Shown here: piece by piece, positions 10,431-19,624 of the stretch
Position numbering within the stretch: the first letter of the stretch is position 1
Layout: each line of letters starts with the position of its first letter
Assembly (NCBI GenBank): GCA_040383345.1
Contig: JBEIDU010000005.1
Coordinates: forward strand, 1,196-65,195
From: Chitinophagales bacterium
GTDB lineage: Bacteria > Bacteroidota > Bacteroidia > Chitinophagales > JADJOU01
DNA: 64,000 bases
Reading direction: 5' to 3'
The notes under the pieces: generated by a model
Told to the model about the DNA's origin: nothing
The model's input: only the letters and a program-made list of their open reading frames with translations
Database searches by the model: none
Made by a program: the position numbers and the translations under genes

Positions 10431-10438
10431 TAATTTTG
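10431..10438 (+). promoter_or_regulatory. -7 box TAATTTTG
   Basis: Exact TAnnTTTG match, 20 nt upstream of the ATG at 10459. Confidence 0.45.
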
Positions 10439-10458
10439 CTACATATAAATTTTATAAA

Positions 10459-11457
10459 ATGTATAAAAAAAGTCTTTTATTTATTGGAGTTTTGATATCA
10501 CTTTTGGCATGTGATCATAAAAAAAAGACCGAGGATAAAGAGGTGTCTAAAGATCCTATAAGTAGACAAATAAAATTATTATCTGATAGTATTTTTGAAA
10601 GTCCCAAAAATGCTCGTTTGTATTTTGAGCGTGCCAATTTATATTGGCAAAAAGACGAAATGGAAATGGCATTAAATGATTTTTATAAAACAGTGACTTA
10701 TGATAGTACCAATTCAGACTACTATTATGTTTTAGCAAATTTTATGGTAGAAAATGGTAATTTGGATCGTGGTATTTTAGCGATGGAAAAAGCCATTCAA
10801 TTTCAGCCCAAAGAACCTAAACATTATGTTCAAACGGGGAAATATTATTTGTATATGAAAGATTATCAAAAAGCATTAAATTACTTAAATGATGCATTGA
10901 AGCTAGATCCTATGCTTCCCAACGCTTATTTCTATAAAGGATATATCTACAAAGAATTGAAACAATATGACAAAGCTATATCTAATTTTACCACTGCTAC
11001 CGAACAAGATCCCACGTGGTATGAGCCTTTTGAGCAAATTGGTCTTATCTATGCGGCACAAAACAATGATTTGGCTCTTAAATTTTATGATAATGCCACT
11101 AATGCGGATAAGCGAAACACAAGTTCTAGATTGGAAAAAGCGTATTATTACAAAAAAACGAAGCGTGTGGCAGAATCTGAGAAAGAGTATGAATCTATTG
11201 TGGTAGATTTTCCTCAAAATGCAGATGCAATTTATAGTCTTGGTGTAATAAATTGGGAGAAAAAAAACTATGATAAAGCCTTAAGCCAGTTAAACATTTG
11301 TGTCAAAATTGAACCCACATATGCACCTGCTTTTTACATAATGGGAAAAATCTACAAAGCTAAAAATGACAGGGTAAAAGCTAAAGAGGCTTTTAAACAA
11401 GCTTTGGTTTTTGATGAAAAAATGAAAGAGGCTCAACAAGAATTGGCTACATTATAA
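10459..11457 (+). CDS. TPR-repeat lipoprotein
   Basis: Lipobox LLAC at the N-terminus. Several 34-aa TPR-like units follow (ALNDFYKTVTYDSTN, ALNYLNDALKLDPMLPNAYFYKGYIY, AISNFTTATEQDP and others). Confidence 0.75.
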   Translation: MYKKSLLFIGVLISLLACDHKKKTEDKEVSKDPISRQIKLLSDSIFESPKNARLYFERANLYWQKDEMEMALNDFYKTVTYDSTNSDYYYVLANFMVENGNLDRGILAMEKAIQFQPKEPKHYVQTGKYYLYMKDYQKALNYLNDALKLDPMLPNAYFYKGYIYKELKQYDKAISNFTTATEQDPTWYEPFEQIGLIYAAQNNDLALKFYDNATNADKRNTSSRLEKAYYYKKTKRVAESEKEYESIVVDFPQNADAIYSLGVINWEKKNYDKALSQLNICVKIEPTYAPAFYIMGKIYKAKNDRVKAKEAFKQALVFDEKMKEAQQELATL

Positions 11458-11465
11458 TTTTGTTT

Positions 11466-12719
11466 ATGAACAAAATTCTTTGTTTTTTTATATTTATTTT
11501 TCATTCTCTACTTATACAAGCTCAGGATGATACATTTGGATGGTTCCCCTCAGGTATAGAAAATAGTTATACTCAGGCATGTGCTTCTTATAAGAATTAT
11601 ATCCTGAATTCGGAAATTCTCAATCCACTGTTTGAAAAATTATTACAATTGAAAACGGCCAAGAATAATCAAAAAGTGAATTTTGTGCATATTGGCGATT
11701 CACATATTCAAGCCGATATGATGACCAGCGTCATCCGAAATGCACTCCAAAATCAATTTGGCAATGCAGGCCGTGGATTAGTATTCCCCTATCAAGCCGC
11801 AAAAACCAATGGTCCAAACGATTATCTATTTGGTTCTCCATATAATTGGACTTCTTCGCGTATCAATAAGCAAAGTAGGCCTATAGAAGTAGGGATTTCG
11901 GGTTTTGGATTACAGACAAATAATAATTTCTCCATGTTGGATTTTAAGCAAAAACAAGGAATTTATTTTGATAAAATTCGATTGATCTCTCAGAAATCTT
12001 CTCATGGCGTTGATTTTTATAATCCAAGCGATAGCATTGTTTTTGGATTTTCAAAGAAATCAAAATCACAATGGGATGCATATGATATTATTTTGCCATA
12101 CAAGATAGATGCTTTTCAATTGCATATGCATACAGACCAAATGGATACTATGAATCTATTTGGGGTAATTCTTGAAAATGAATCTCAAAAAGGGGTTTTA
12201 TATCATACCATTGGAGCCAATGGCGCTAAGTATTCGGATTATTTTAATAATGATTTTTTTAAAAATCAATTGACGGAACTGAAAGCCGATTGTTATATTA
12301 TTTCTATGGGTACCAATGAGGCTCAGGACAATGATCTATCGTATATGGATATGTATGATGTCGTAGAAAAATCCGTGGCTCATATTCAATCTATCTCACC
12401 CAATACCCCAATCATTCTTACGACACCTAGCTGTTCGTATTTGAAAAAAAAGTATCCAAATCCTAATTTAAATACTGTGAGAGCTGCTCTGGAGCATTTT
12501 GCTTTTACACATCAATTGGCTTTTTATGATTTGTATACTATTTGTCAGTGTGAATCACAAACTGATGTGTGGCGATCTTCAAATTTGCTCAACAATGATT
12601 TGGTGCATTATACACAAAAAGGGTATCAACTTCAGGGCGATTTGTTCAATCAAGCCTTTGCCAATGCATGGAATTACTTTATAGAAACTAAAAAATCTTC
12701 TAAAACTGAAGATAAATAG
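11466..12719 (+). CDS. SGNH/GDSL-family hydrolase or acetyltransferase
   Basis: Signal peptide, block I HIGDSHIQ, block III GTNEA, and block V DLVHYT (DxxH). Start set at the ATG at 11466 (the track used TTG at 11460). Confidence 0.7.
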   Translation: MNKILCFFIFIFHSLLIQAQDDTFGWFPSGIENSYTQACASYKNYILNSEILNPLFEKLLQLKTAKNNQKVNFVHIGDSHIQADMMTSVIRNALQNQFGNAGRGLVFPYQAAKTNGPNDYLFGSPYNWTSSRINKQSRPIEVGISGFGLQTNNNFSMLDFKQKQGIYFDKIRLISQKSSHGVDFYNPSDSIVFGFSKKSKSQWDAYDIILPYKIDAFQLHMHTDQMDTMNLFGVILENESQKGVLYHTIGANGAKYSDYFNNDFFKNQLTELKADCYIISMGTNEAQDNDLSYMDMYDVVEKSVAHIQSISPNTPIILTTPSCSYLKKKYPNPNLNTVRAALEHFAFTHQLAFYDLYTICQCESQTDVWRSSNLLNNDLVHYTQKGYQLQGDLFNQAFANAWNYFIETKKSSKTEDK

Positions 12720-14184
12720 GCATTACCGATTCGGCACTTTTCAATTGCGAATATGCTATTAAAAATAGTATAAAAAATAACACATAGAAAAATACAGGTT
12801 TTTCTTTTACCCATTTCCATTCATTAAATGAAAATTTTGAAGGAATTAAATGTAATATATAGCCAAGTGTCATCATCAAAAGGACATTTTTGTAATTTGT
12901 TATAAATTTCTCAATTCCCAACAATGTAAAATTAAAAAAAATCTGGCGTATTATTATTTGAGCTTCGTTTATAGTTTCCGCACGGAAAAATATCCAACAA
13001 AAACATACAAAATGAAACGTAAGAATTGCTGAAAATAGTGTGTAGAATTTACTTTTTGAAAAATGCCAGTTTTTGTAAAAATCAAAACTTGTAAAATATT
13101 TATGAGCGCCCAAGACCGAGCCGTGCAAAGCACCCCAAATAATAAAATTCCAGCTAGCGCCATGCCAAAATCCGCCTAAAAGCATTGTAATGAATAAGTT
13201 TATATAGGTTCGAAAAGTACCTTTTCTATTCCCACCAAGCGAAATATATAAATAATCTCTCAACCAAGAAGATAAAGAAATATGCCATCTTCGCCAGAAT
13301 TCTTGTATAGACGAGCTCTGATAGGGCGTTCGGAAATTGGCAGGAATTTCTATCCCCAACCATAATGCAATTCCTATGGCTATTTCGCTATAGCCGCTAA
13401 AATCGCAATAAATAACGATGGCATAAGCATACGTAGCCAGCAAACATTCAAGCCCTGTATGTAAATTGGGTGTATCGTATACAAAATTGACAAAATTGAG
13501 CGTGATATAATCCGAAATGATTAGTTTTTTGAACAATCCGCTGATAATCAAGAAAAAACCTCGTGATAAATAATCATTTGAAACAAAATAAGACTTTTTG
13601 AGCTGTGGGATAAAATCCTTAGCCCGAACTATCGGTCCCATTACTAGTTTTGGGAAAAAAGAAAGGAACAGTAAATAGTTGATAAATGATTTTTCGGGTT
13701 CAATTTCTTTTTTGAAAACATCTACTACATAGCTGATGTTTTCAAAAGTATAAAAAGAAATGCCTATAGGAAGCAATATATGCAAGGGATTGAGCGGTTT
13801 TTCCAAAAAATGATTGGTGAGCGAAATGAAAAAATCGGTGTATTTGAAATAAAACAACATCCCTAAATTGAACACAATACTCGTAATCAAATATAGTTTT
13901 TTGTGAAGCTGTTTTTGGGATTTGAACAACGCATTGGAAAGCAAAAAATCTACTGTGGCTGATATGAGAACAAGAATAACGAATGAACCACTCGCCTTGT
14001 AGAAAAAATAAAGTGAGAAAAAGGATAAAATGCTGGCTCTAATTCTAAAATGATTTCTAAAAATAAAATAGAGCATCATAAAAGCTACAAAGAAAAATAC
14101 AAAAAAACCACTATTGAAAAGTAATGGATTTTCAGGATTATACAATAATTCTTTGCCTAAAGCTTCCCAGCTAAATTGATACAT
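12700..14184 (-). CDS. MBOAT-family membrane O-acyltransferase (AlgI/DltB/PatA-like)
   Basis: Polytopic, with FWRRWHISLSSWLRDYLYISLGGNR and the catalytic-His region GGFWHGASWNFIIWGALHG. Confidence 0.85.
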   Translation of the reverse strand: MYQFSWEALGKELLYNPENPLLFNSGFFVFFFVAFMMLYFIFRNHFRIRASILSFFSLYFFYKASGSFVILVLISATVDFLLSNALFKSQKQLHKKLYLITSIVFNLGMLFYFKYTDFFISLTNHFLEKPLNPLHILLPIGISFYTFENISYVVDVFKKEIEPEKSFINYLLFLSFFPKLVMGPIVRAKDFIPQLKKSYFVSNDYLSRGFFLIISGLFKKLIISDYITLNFVNFVYDTPNLHTGLECLLATYAYAIVIYCDFSGYSEIAIGIALWLGIEIPANFRTPYQSSSIQEFWRRWHISLSSWLRDYLYISLGGNRKGTFRTYINLFITMLLGGFWHGASWNFIIWGALHGSVLGAHKYFTSFDFYKNWHFSKSKFYTLFSAILTFHFVCFCWIFFRAETINEAQIIIRQIFFNFTLLGIEKFITNYKNVLLMMTLGYILHLIPSKFSFNEWKWVKEKPVFFYVLFFILFLIAYSQLKSAESVMPIYLQF

Positions 14185-14190
14185 TTAGTC

Positions 14191-15528
14191 TTATTTTTTA
14201 TGATGTAAACGTTTGTTTTCTTCTTTTTCAAAAAGATTATAATCTTTCAAAAAAGCTTCAGCTATCCATTTGCCTATTGCTTCAGCGCCTATATGATTAG
14301 GGTGGATGTAATCTTTGTTTGCCCATTTTGGGGAACTATTTGCCCATTTTACGATAGTGCCATTGCCTCCTATCGATTGATAGAGATTGTAAAATGCCAT
14401 TTGATTTTTAAAAGCTAAATTTGCTTGTAGTTTTACCAAAGAATCAATTCCTATAGCTGTTTTCCATTCGTTATTGTATTTAAAACCGCGGTCTGCGCAG
14501 CTTATGATCAAGAACTCGGTATTGGGAAGATTTTTTTTGTATTTTTCTAAAACCGGTTGCATCATTTGCTCATAATAATCATAATTTGTGTCATTTGGAC
14601 GAAATAGCATATTTACTCCATATTGCAATACGATAAGATCATAATATTGGTTTTCAGCAATATCTTGAAGCAATTTTGAATTTACTTTATTTAGCTCCAC
14701 GCCTGTAATACCTCTATAAGAATAGTTGTCGAGAATAATACCATATGAGGGTTCTATACTTACGCCATATATATTATTTTGCTTCTGATTCCATACAATA
14801 TCGATATTTTTCTTTGTAGATTTTTCTAATAAAATAGCTTCGAAAGTATTCCCTTTTTTTGTGAATGTACAATCTTTTTTATTAATTTTTAGATTCAAAA
14901 TCTTATCTGTATCACCACACAATAGCCATTTTTCAAGAATTTGAATGGAATCGCCTAGGGTATTATCATTTGTATAAAAATTGCCATATTCTGATGCGAA
15001 AATATTTCCCGACAAAAAAAGTGCATCTTTTGAATTTTCAAAAGATTTTTTTTCCCATGGTCCTTCCGTTTTGGATCTTGCGGTTATTCTCATATTGCTG
15101 GAAACGGACTGAATGGGTACAAAACCAACTCCATATTGTTTTTCTGCAAATTCTTGCAAAATTTTCCTTATGGTTTGTGTAATTAAATCGGCTTCTATCA
15201 TACTATCGCCAAACCAAGCAATACGGATTTTTCTGCGTTTTCCTTTTTTGAGCTCAAAAAGTTTTGCTTGAAATTTTGGTAAAGCTACCGCTTGACTATC
15301 TTTAAATCGAATCAATCGATGTGCTTCCGTATATTGTTCAAATAGAGGTTTTGATATTTTAGCCACTTTTTTGATAGCTACTTGAGGTGTTTTCTTCACA
15401 AAAAGTGAAGATAGAATATTGATATTCGAAAAGGGTGTTTTATAAATAAAAATATCTACAAACGACAATAATGTCATCCCCAAAAACATCAGACTACATA
15501 TCCATAGAATCGTTTTGTTTTGATTCAT
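14191..15528 (-). CDS. SGNH/GDSL-family hydrolase or acetyltransferase (second copy)
   Basis: N-terminal TM or signal, block I WFGDSMIE, and block V DYIHPNHIG. It lies 6 nt downstream of the MBOAT gene. Confidence 0.7.
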   Translation of the reverse strand: MNQNKTILWICSLMFLGMTLLSFVDIFIYKTPFSNINILSSLFVKKTPQVAIKKVAKISKPLFEQYTEAHRLIRFKDSQAVALPKFQAKLFELKKGKRRKIRIAWFGDSMIEADLITQTIRKILQEFAEKQYGVGFVPIQSVSSNMRITARSKTEGPWEKKSFENSKDALFLSGNIFASEYGNFYTNDNTLGDSIQILEKWLLCGDTDKILNLKINKKDCTFTKKGNTFEAILLEKSTKKNIDIVWNQKQNNIYGVSIEPSYGIILDNYSYRGITGVELNKVNSKLLQDIAENQYYDLIVLQYGVNMLFRPNDTNYDYYEQMMQPVLEKYKKNLPNTEFLIISCADRGFKYNNEWKTAIGIDSLVKLQANLAFKNQMAFYNLYQSIGGNGTIVKWANSSPKWANKDYIHPNHIGAEAIGKWIAEAFLKDYNLFEKEENKRLHHKK

Positions 15529-15534
15529 TTATAT

Positions 15535-15975
15535 TTATAAAGTTTTCAGAATGATGTGTATGTTTTTTTGCCATTGAACAGGATTGGAGGAATAGCCTGT
15601 TTTAGCTAATTTGGATATCCATAGCGAAATGTTTTCGTTTCCTTTTAATTGAGTGTAAAACCTTTTATTCATTACAATTTTACAAAAATCTTCATAAGAG
15701 GCTCTATCATTAGGATATTGTTTGTATTTAGTTTTAAATTGAGCTTTATTTTTACCTTTTACGCCAAAATGATTGTGTAATTTTTTACAAATTTTGCTTC
15801 GGCCACCTTCCGTTTCCATTATTGCTAGTGCTAATATAAATTTATATGGGATCTTATGTTTTTCTCCCAATTCAATACTTAAAGGTTTGTATTTTTCTAT
15901 GTACTTTGAATTTCTTGCTCCCAAAAATAGGGGGAGAAAATAGAGGAGAACGAATAACTTTTTTAACTTTATCAT
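15535..15975 (-). CDS. glucosaminidase-domain (peptidoglycan hydrolase-like) protein
   Basis: FILALAIMETEGGRS...HNHFGVKG...YPNDRASYEDF resembles the mannosyl-glycoprotein endo-beta-N-acetylglucosaminidase domain. Start moved to the Met at 15975 (MIKLKKLFVLLYFLPLFLGA signal), which removes the overlap with the CAP gene. Confidence 0.6.
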   Translation of the reverse strand: MIKLKKLFVLLYFLPLFLGARNSKYIEKYKPLSIELGEKHKIPYKFILALAIMETEGGRSKICKKLHNHFGVKGKNKAQFKTKYKQYPNDRASYEDFCKIVMNKRFYTQLKGNENISLWISKLAKTGYSSNPVQWQKNIHIILKTL

Positions 15976-16042
15976 AAAATTGGGAACAAAAGTAGTTAAA
16001 ATATATAGATTAAAACTATAAAAAAAACTTAAAAAATAAATT

Positions 16043-16603
16043 TTATTTTTCTTCAAGTCGTCTACCAAAATTTTGAACCCCATAAAATATGATTTTTTTA
16101 CCTTTGTGTATCTTGTGTATGGCTATACCTATGTCTTTTGCCTCTTTTGATAGCATATTTTTTCTGTGTTTGGGTGATTTTTCCCACATTCGGAAAAATA
16201 TTTCAGCTACATCTTCGCTAGTCATAGCTTCTTTAGTGGTTTCATAGTAGGCAATATTTTCTGCGATATAGGCATAATTATAACTAAAGTATTTGATTCT
16301 ATTTCCCGGTTTTTGAAATTGTTTGTTCTGTTTGCATTCATGCCCAAAAAAATTATAACGATCCATATGGGTGGCATGTGTATAAGAGGATAAAAATAAT
16401 GCATTCTCCCATTGAAGTGTATCCAGTCCTCTTGATTTTCTGAAGGCATTGGTTTTATAGAAAACGAATTTGTTTTCTGCAATGGCAAATCCATTCATCG
16501 ACATTTCATGCTGGAAAATGGATAATAGTATGAGTATAATTATCATGATTGCGTTTTTTGAAAACTTTGACCAAATGTATTGTGAAAAGTTTATTTCTAT
16601 CAC
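16043..16603 (-). CDS. CAP/SCP/PR1-like domain protein
   Basis: NAFRKSRGLDTLQWE, HECKQ, YAYIAENIAY and WEKSPKHRKNML match CAP-domain signatures. Confidence 0.65.
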   Translation of the reverse strand: MIEINFSQYIWSKFSKNAIMIIILILLSIFQHEMSMNGFAIAENKFVFYKTNAFRKSRGLDTLQWENALFLSSYTHATHMDRYNFFGHECKQNKQFQKPGNRIKYFSYNYAYIAENIAYYETTKEAMTSEDVAEIFFRMWEKSPKHRKNMLSKEAKDIGIAIHKIHKGKKIIFYGVQNFGRRLEEK

Positions 16604-16639
16604 AAAAAATATGAATAGATTGATTTATTATATTTATCT

Positions 16640-16647
16640 TAAATTTG
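16640..16647 (+). promoter_or_regulatory. -7 box TAAATTTG
   Basis: Exact TAnnTTTG match overlapping the track's TTG start at 16645. An in-frame TTG at 16675 lies 27 nt downstream. Confidence 0.4.
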
Positions 16648-16674
16648 CCTTTTAGGTATATAATAATAAACAGC

Positions 16675-17655
16675 TTGAATAATTTTACGAAAAACAGCAT
16701 TAAATTTTTTATTTCTATAGGTATTGGTGTATTTCTGATTTGGTTCATTCAAAAAGATTTGAAGCCAGAAGAATTACAGTTTATAGTACAAAGTATAAAG
16801 AATACAAAATGGGTTTATATCTTTGTTTTATTTATTTTGGGAAGTCTTGCTTGTATTATTCGTGCATTAAGATGGCGATTATTATTAGAGCCTATGGGGT
16901 ATAGTCCTTCCACAAAAGTGTTGACAGCTTCTATATTTATTATGTATTTATCCAATTTAGCCTTTCCGAGATTGGGAGAGGTTCTTCGATGTTCTATTTT
17001 AGCTAAATATGATAAAGTGCCTATTGAAAAAAGTGTGGGAACAATGGTCGTTGAACGTCTGGTAGATGTTTTAGGAATGGGGATTATCGCTTTTTTAGCT
17101 TTGGTCTTTGAATTGGACAAGATCAGTATATTATATAATTCCATGCAGGCAAATACTACGTCAAATACCAATCCAAATATTAAATGGTTTGTTTTGAGTA
17201 GCTTATTACTTGTAGGAAGCATTGTATTTTATTTTATTCGAAAGACAAAGTTTTATGCTATTTTAATAGAAAAAATCAAAGGATTTGCGGAAGGTTTGAG
17301 TTCTATTAGAAAAGTGAAAAATTATAATTTGTTTTTTGTCTACAGTGTTTTGATTTATTTTATTTACTTCATTACTACGTATATTTTTTATCAAGCCATT
17401 CCTGGCATGGAACATTTGAGTATCAAAAGTGCCTTTTTAGTTTTAACGGCAGGGACCATAGGAGTGGGTATGACTCAGGGTGGGATAGGCGCATATCAAA
17501 TTTTAATTACTAAAGCCTTGGAATTATACAATATTCCTACAAAAATTGGATTGGCGTATTCATGGGCAATTTGGTTAATACAAACCGTTACATTGGTTTT
17601 GGGAGGACTTTTGTCTTATGTATATCTTATTTTTAGAAAAAATGAGCAAGAATAG
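16675..17655 (+). CDS. UPF0104 / lysylphosphatidylglycerol-synthase-TM-region family membrane protein
   Basis: Multi-pass membrane protein with the RALRWRLLL motif after TM2 and a PRLGEVLR segment. The start is uncertain: TTG at 16675 is preferred over TTG at 16645. Confidence 0.6.
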   Translation: MNNFTKNSIKFFISIGIGVFLIWFIQKDLKPEELQFIVQSIKNTKWVYIFVLFILGSLACIIRALRWRLLLEPMGYSPSTKVLTASIFIMYLSNLAFPRLGEVLRCSILAKYDKVPIEKSVGTMVVERLVDVLGMGIIAFLALVFELDKISILYNSMQANTTSNTNPNIKWFVLSSLLLVGSIVFYFIRKTKFYAILIEKIKGFAEGLSSIRKVKNYNLFFVYSVLIYFIYFITTYIFYQAIPGMEHLSIKSAFLVLTAGTIGVGMTQGGIGAYQILITKALELYNIPTKIGLAYSWAIWLIQTVTLVLGGLLSYVYLIFRKNEQE

Positions 17656-18280
17656 GACTAAATTTTATGTAGTATGGCAAGGTAGAAATCCCGGAATATA
17701 CAGGTCTTGGATAGAATGTAAAAGCCAAGTGGATGGATTTGAAGGCGCCAAATACAAGTCCTTTGAATCACAAGAAGAGGCGATAGAAGCCTACCGAAGC
17801 GATTTTAAAACGTTTATATATAAAAAGAAGGAAACTGAAAAAAATCCTATTTTCACTTACAATCAACAAGGAAAAATTATTGAAAATGCTATATGTGTAG
17901 ATGCATCCTGTCTGGGCAATCCTGGAAAAATGGAATATAGAGGCGTGGACTATCAAACTCGTACCGAAATTTTCCGAAAAGGTATTTTTGAAGATGCTAC
18001 TGTCAATATTGGCGAGTTTTTAGCTATTGTTCATGGCCTCAGTTATCTCAAACAACACAATTTGAACAAAATAATCTATACCGATAGCAATACCGCTATA
18101 GCGTGGGTAAAGAAGAAAAAAGCTGCTACCAAACTCGAGTTAACCGAAAAGAATAAAATGGCTTTTGAATGGGTAGAGAAGGCGGAAAATTGGCTTAGAC
18201 AAAATGATATAACTACGCCTATAGTGAAATGGGAAACCGATAAATGGGGCGAAATACCTGCAGATTTTGGAAGAAAATAA
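17642..18280 (+). CDS. rnhA: ribonuclease HI with N-terminal hybrid-binding (RNase H1 N-terminal / caulimovirus VI-like) domain
   Basis: N-terminus is FYVVWQGRNPGIYRSWIECKSQVDGFEGAKYKSFESQEEA. The C-terminal RNase H fold shows VDASC..GEFLAIVHGL..IYTDSNTAIAW. Start set at the ATG at 17642. Confidence 0.8.
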   Translation: MSKNRTKFYVVWQGRNPGIYRSWIECKSQVDGFEGAKYKSFESQEEAIEAYRSDFKTFIYKKKETEKNPIFTYNQQGKIIENAICVDASCLGNPGKMEYRGVDYQTRTEIFRKGIFEDATVNIGEFLAIVHGLSYLKQHNLNKIIYTDSNTAIAWVKKKKAATKLELTEKNKMAFEWVEKAENWLRQNDITTPIVKWETDKWGEIPADFGRK

Positions 18281-18286
18281 TAAATA

Positions 18287-18925
18287 TTAATATTGTTTTT
18301 TGCCTTCTTTGTCTTCTTCCTCGCGAATTTTATTTTTGATAATATCGCCTAATACTTTTATAGCTACACTGTTAAAACCTCCAAGCGGTAGGATGATATC
18401 TGCAAATTTTTTGGAAGGTTCTATATATTGTTCATGCATTGGTTTTACAGTTTCGAGGTATCGTTTCAAGACCTCATTGACATCGCGTCCTCGCTCTATG
18501 ATGTCACGCTGAATTACACGAATAAGACGTTCGTCCGCAGGGGCATCTACATATACGCAAATGTCCATTTTTTCCCTTAATTTTTTATCGGTTAAGATTA
18601 ATATGCCTTCAACAATAATGGCTTTTTTGGGATCGGTATGAATGGTGTCCTCGCTGCGGCTGCATGTGAGGTAAGAATAGATGGGCTGTTCTATAGCTTT
18701 TTGATTCTTCAAATCCTCGATATGGCTTGCCAATAGACTAAATTCGATTGCATCGGGATGATCAAAATTTGTTTTTTTCTTTTCTTCTTCGCTTAAATGT
18801 CCATTATCTTTGTAGTAGTTATCTTGGGAAAGAAGCACGACATCTTTTTTTGGAAAAAGATTCATGATTTTTTTTACTACAGTTGTTTTTCCAGAGCCTG
18901 TGCCGCCCGCAATACCAATAACCAT
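18287..18925 (-). CDS. udk: uridine kinase
   Basis: P-loop IGIAGGTGSGKTT, NFDHPDA, and ~210 aa. Confidence 0.85.
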   Translation of the reverse strand: MVIGIAGGTGSGKTTVVKKIMNLFPKKDVVLLSQDNYYKDNGHLSEEEKKKTNFDHPDAIEFSLLASHIEDLKNQKAIEQPIYSYLTCSRSEDTIHTDPKKAIIVEGILILTDKKLREKMDICVYVDAPADERLIRVIQRDIIERGRDVNEVLKRYLETVKPMHEQYIEPSKKFADIILPLGGFNSVAIKVLGDIIKNKIREEEDKEGKKQY

Positions 18926-18963
18926 TTAATTATAATATACTTTATGTGTTAGAAGAAAGAAAA

Positions 18964-19605
18964 CTATTTAACGATTTTTCCTCCTTTGAGTTCTTCCGTC
19001 AATTTTTTGAAATCTTCCATTCTGTTTTCAAATAATAATTGTGCTTGCATTGGCCATGTTTCTGGAGAATGCATGGCAAATCGAGGTCCACCTTCGTTCA
19101 AAAATTGCTGAATAATATCAATCTTTGTGTTAGCCAATTCATTATATGAATTGATATTCTTTGAATTTAATAATTTTTCAATCCCAGGCCCTATTCCTTC
19201 AATTATTTTTAAATCATTTTTAGTGTTTGAAACGGGTGTTTTTGCTACAGTTTTTTTAGCAGTAGTTTTTGGGGGTTCTACTTTTGCTTTTGCTTTCGGA
19301 GTTTCTGCTTTTAGAACCGTTTCTTTTTTTGTTGTTTTTTTCTCAGATACGTTTTCATTATCTGAAGAAGTAGTAGCTTCTTTTTCAGCTTGAATAAATT
19401 TTTCTTCAATCGAACTTTTGCTAGAAGATTCATTTTTTACATCATTGTAAACAAATTCCTTCTTTGTTCTATGGCTCATGAAATATCCCAAAAGAAACCC
19501 CAATAAGGAAGATACAAATAGCATAATTATAATTTCAATAGAGGCATTAGTTATATCGTATTGCTCTAATATGTTGTTTTGAAAAATGGTTAATGTGAAT
19601 ATCAT
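18964..19605 (-). CDS. membrane-anchored protein with low-complexity K/T/E-rich linker and C-terminal helix-hairpin-helix-like domain
   Basis: One N-terminal TM helix (IIIMLFVSSLLGFLLGYF), then a KKTTKKETVLKAETPKAKAKVEPPKTTAKK linker, then LKIIEGIGPGIEKLL (HhH-like). Confidence 0.5.
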   Translation of the reverse strand: MIFTLTIFQNNILEQYDITNASIEIIIMLFVSSLLGFLLGYFMSHRTKKEFVYNDVKNESSSKSSIEEKFIQAEKEATTSSDNENVSEKKTTKKETVLKAETPKAKAKVEPPKTTAKKTVAKTPVSNTKNDLKIIEGIGPGIEKLLNSKNINSYNELANTKIDIIQQFLNEGGPRFAMHSPETWPMQAQLLFENRMEDFKKLTEELKGGKIVK

Positions 19606-19624
19606 AATCTTTGATTTACTATAA

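Noticed and set aside
16470-16748. Small ORFs 16470-16655 (+) and 16506-16748 (-) in or near the CAP/UPF0104 intergenic region
   Set aside because: They overlap the CAP gene start and the promoter region of the downstream gene. The sequence is AT-rich and low-complexity, and no motif supports them.
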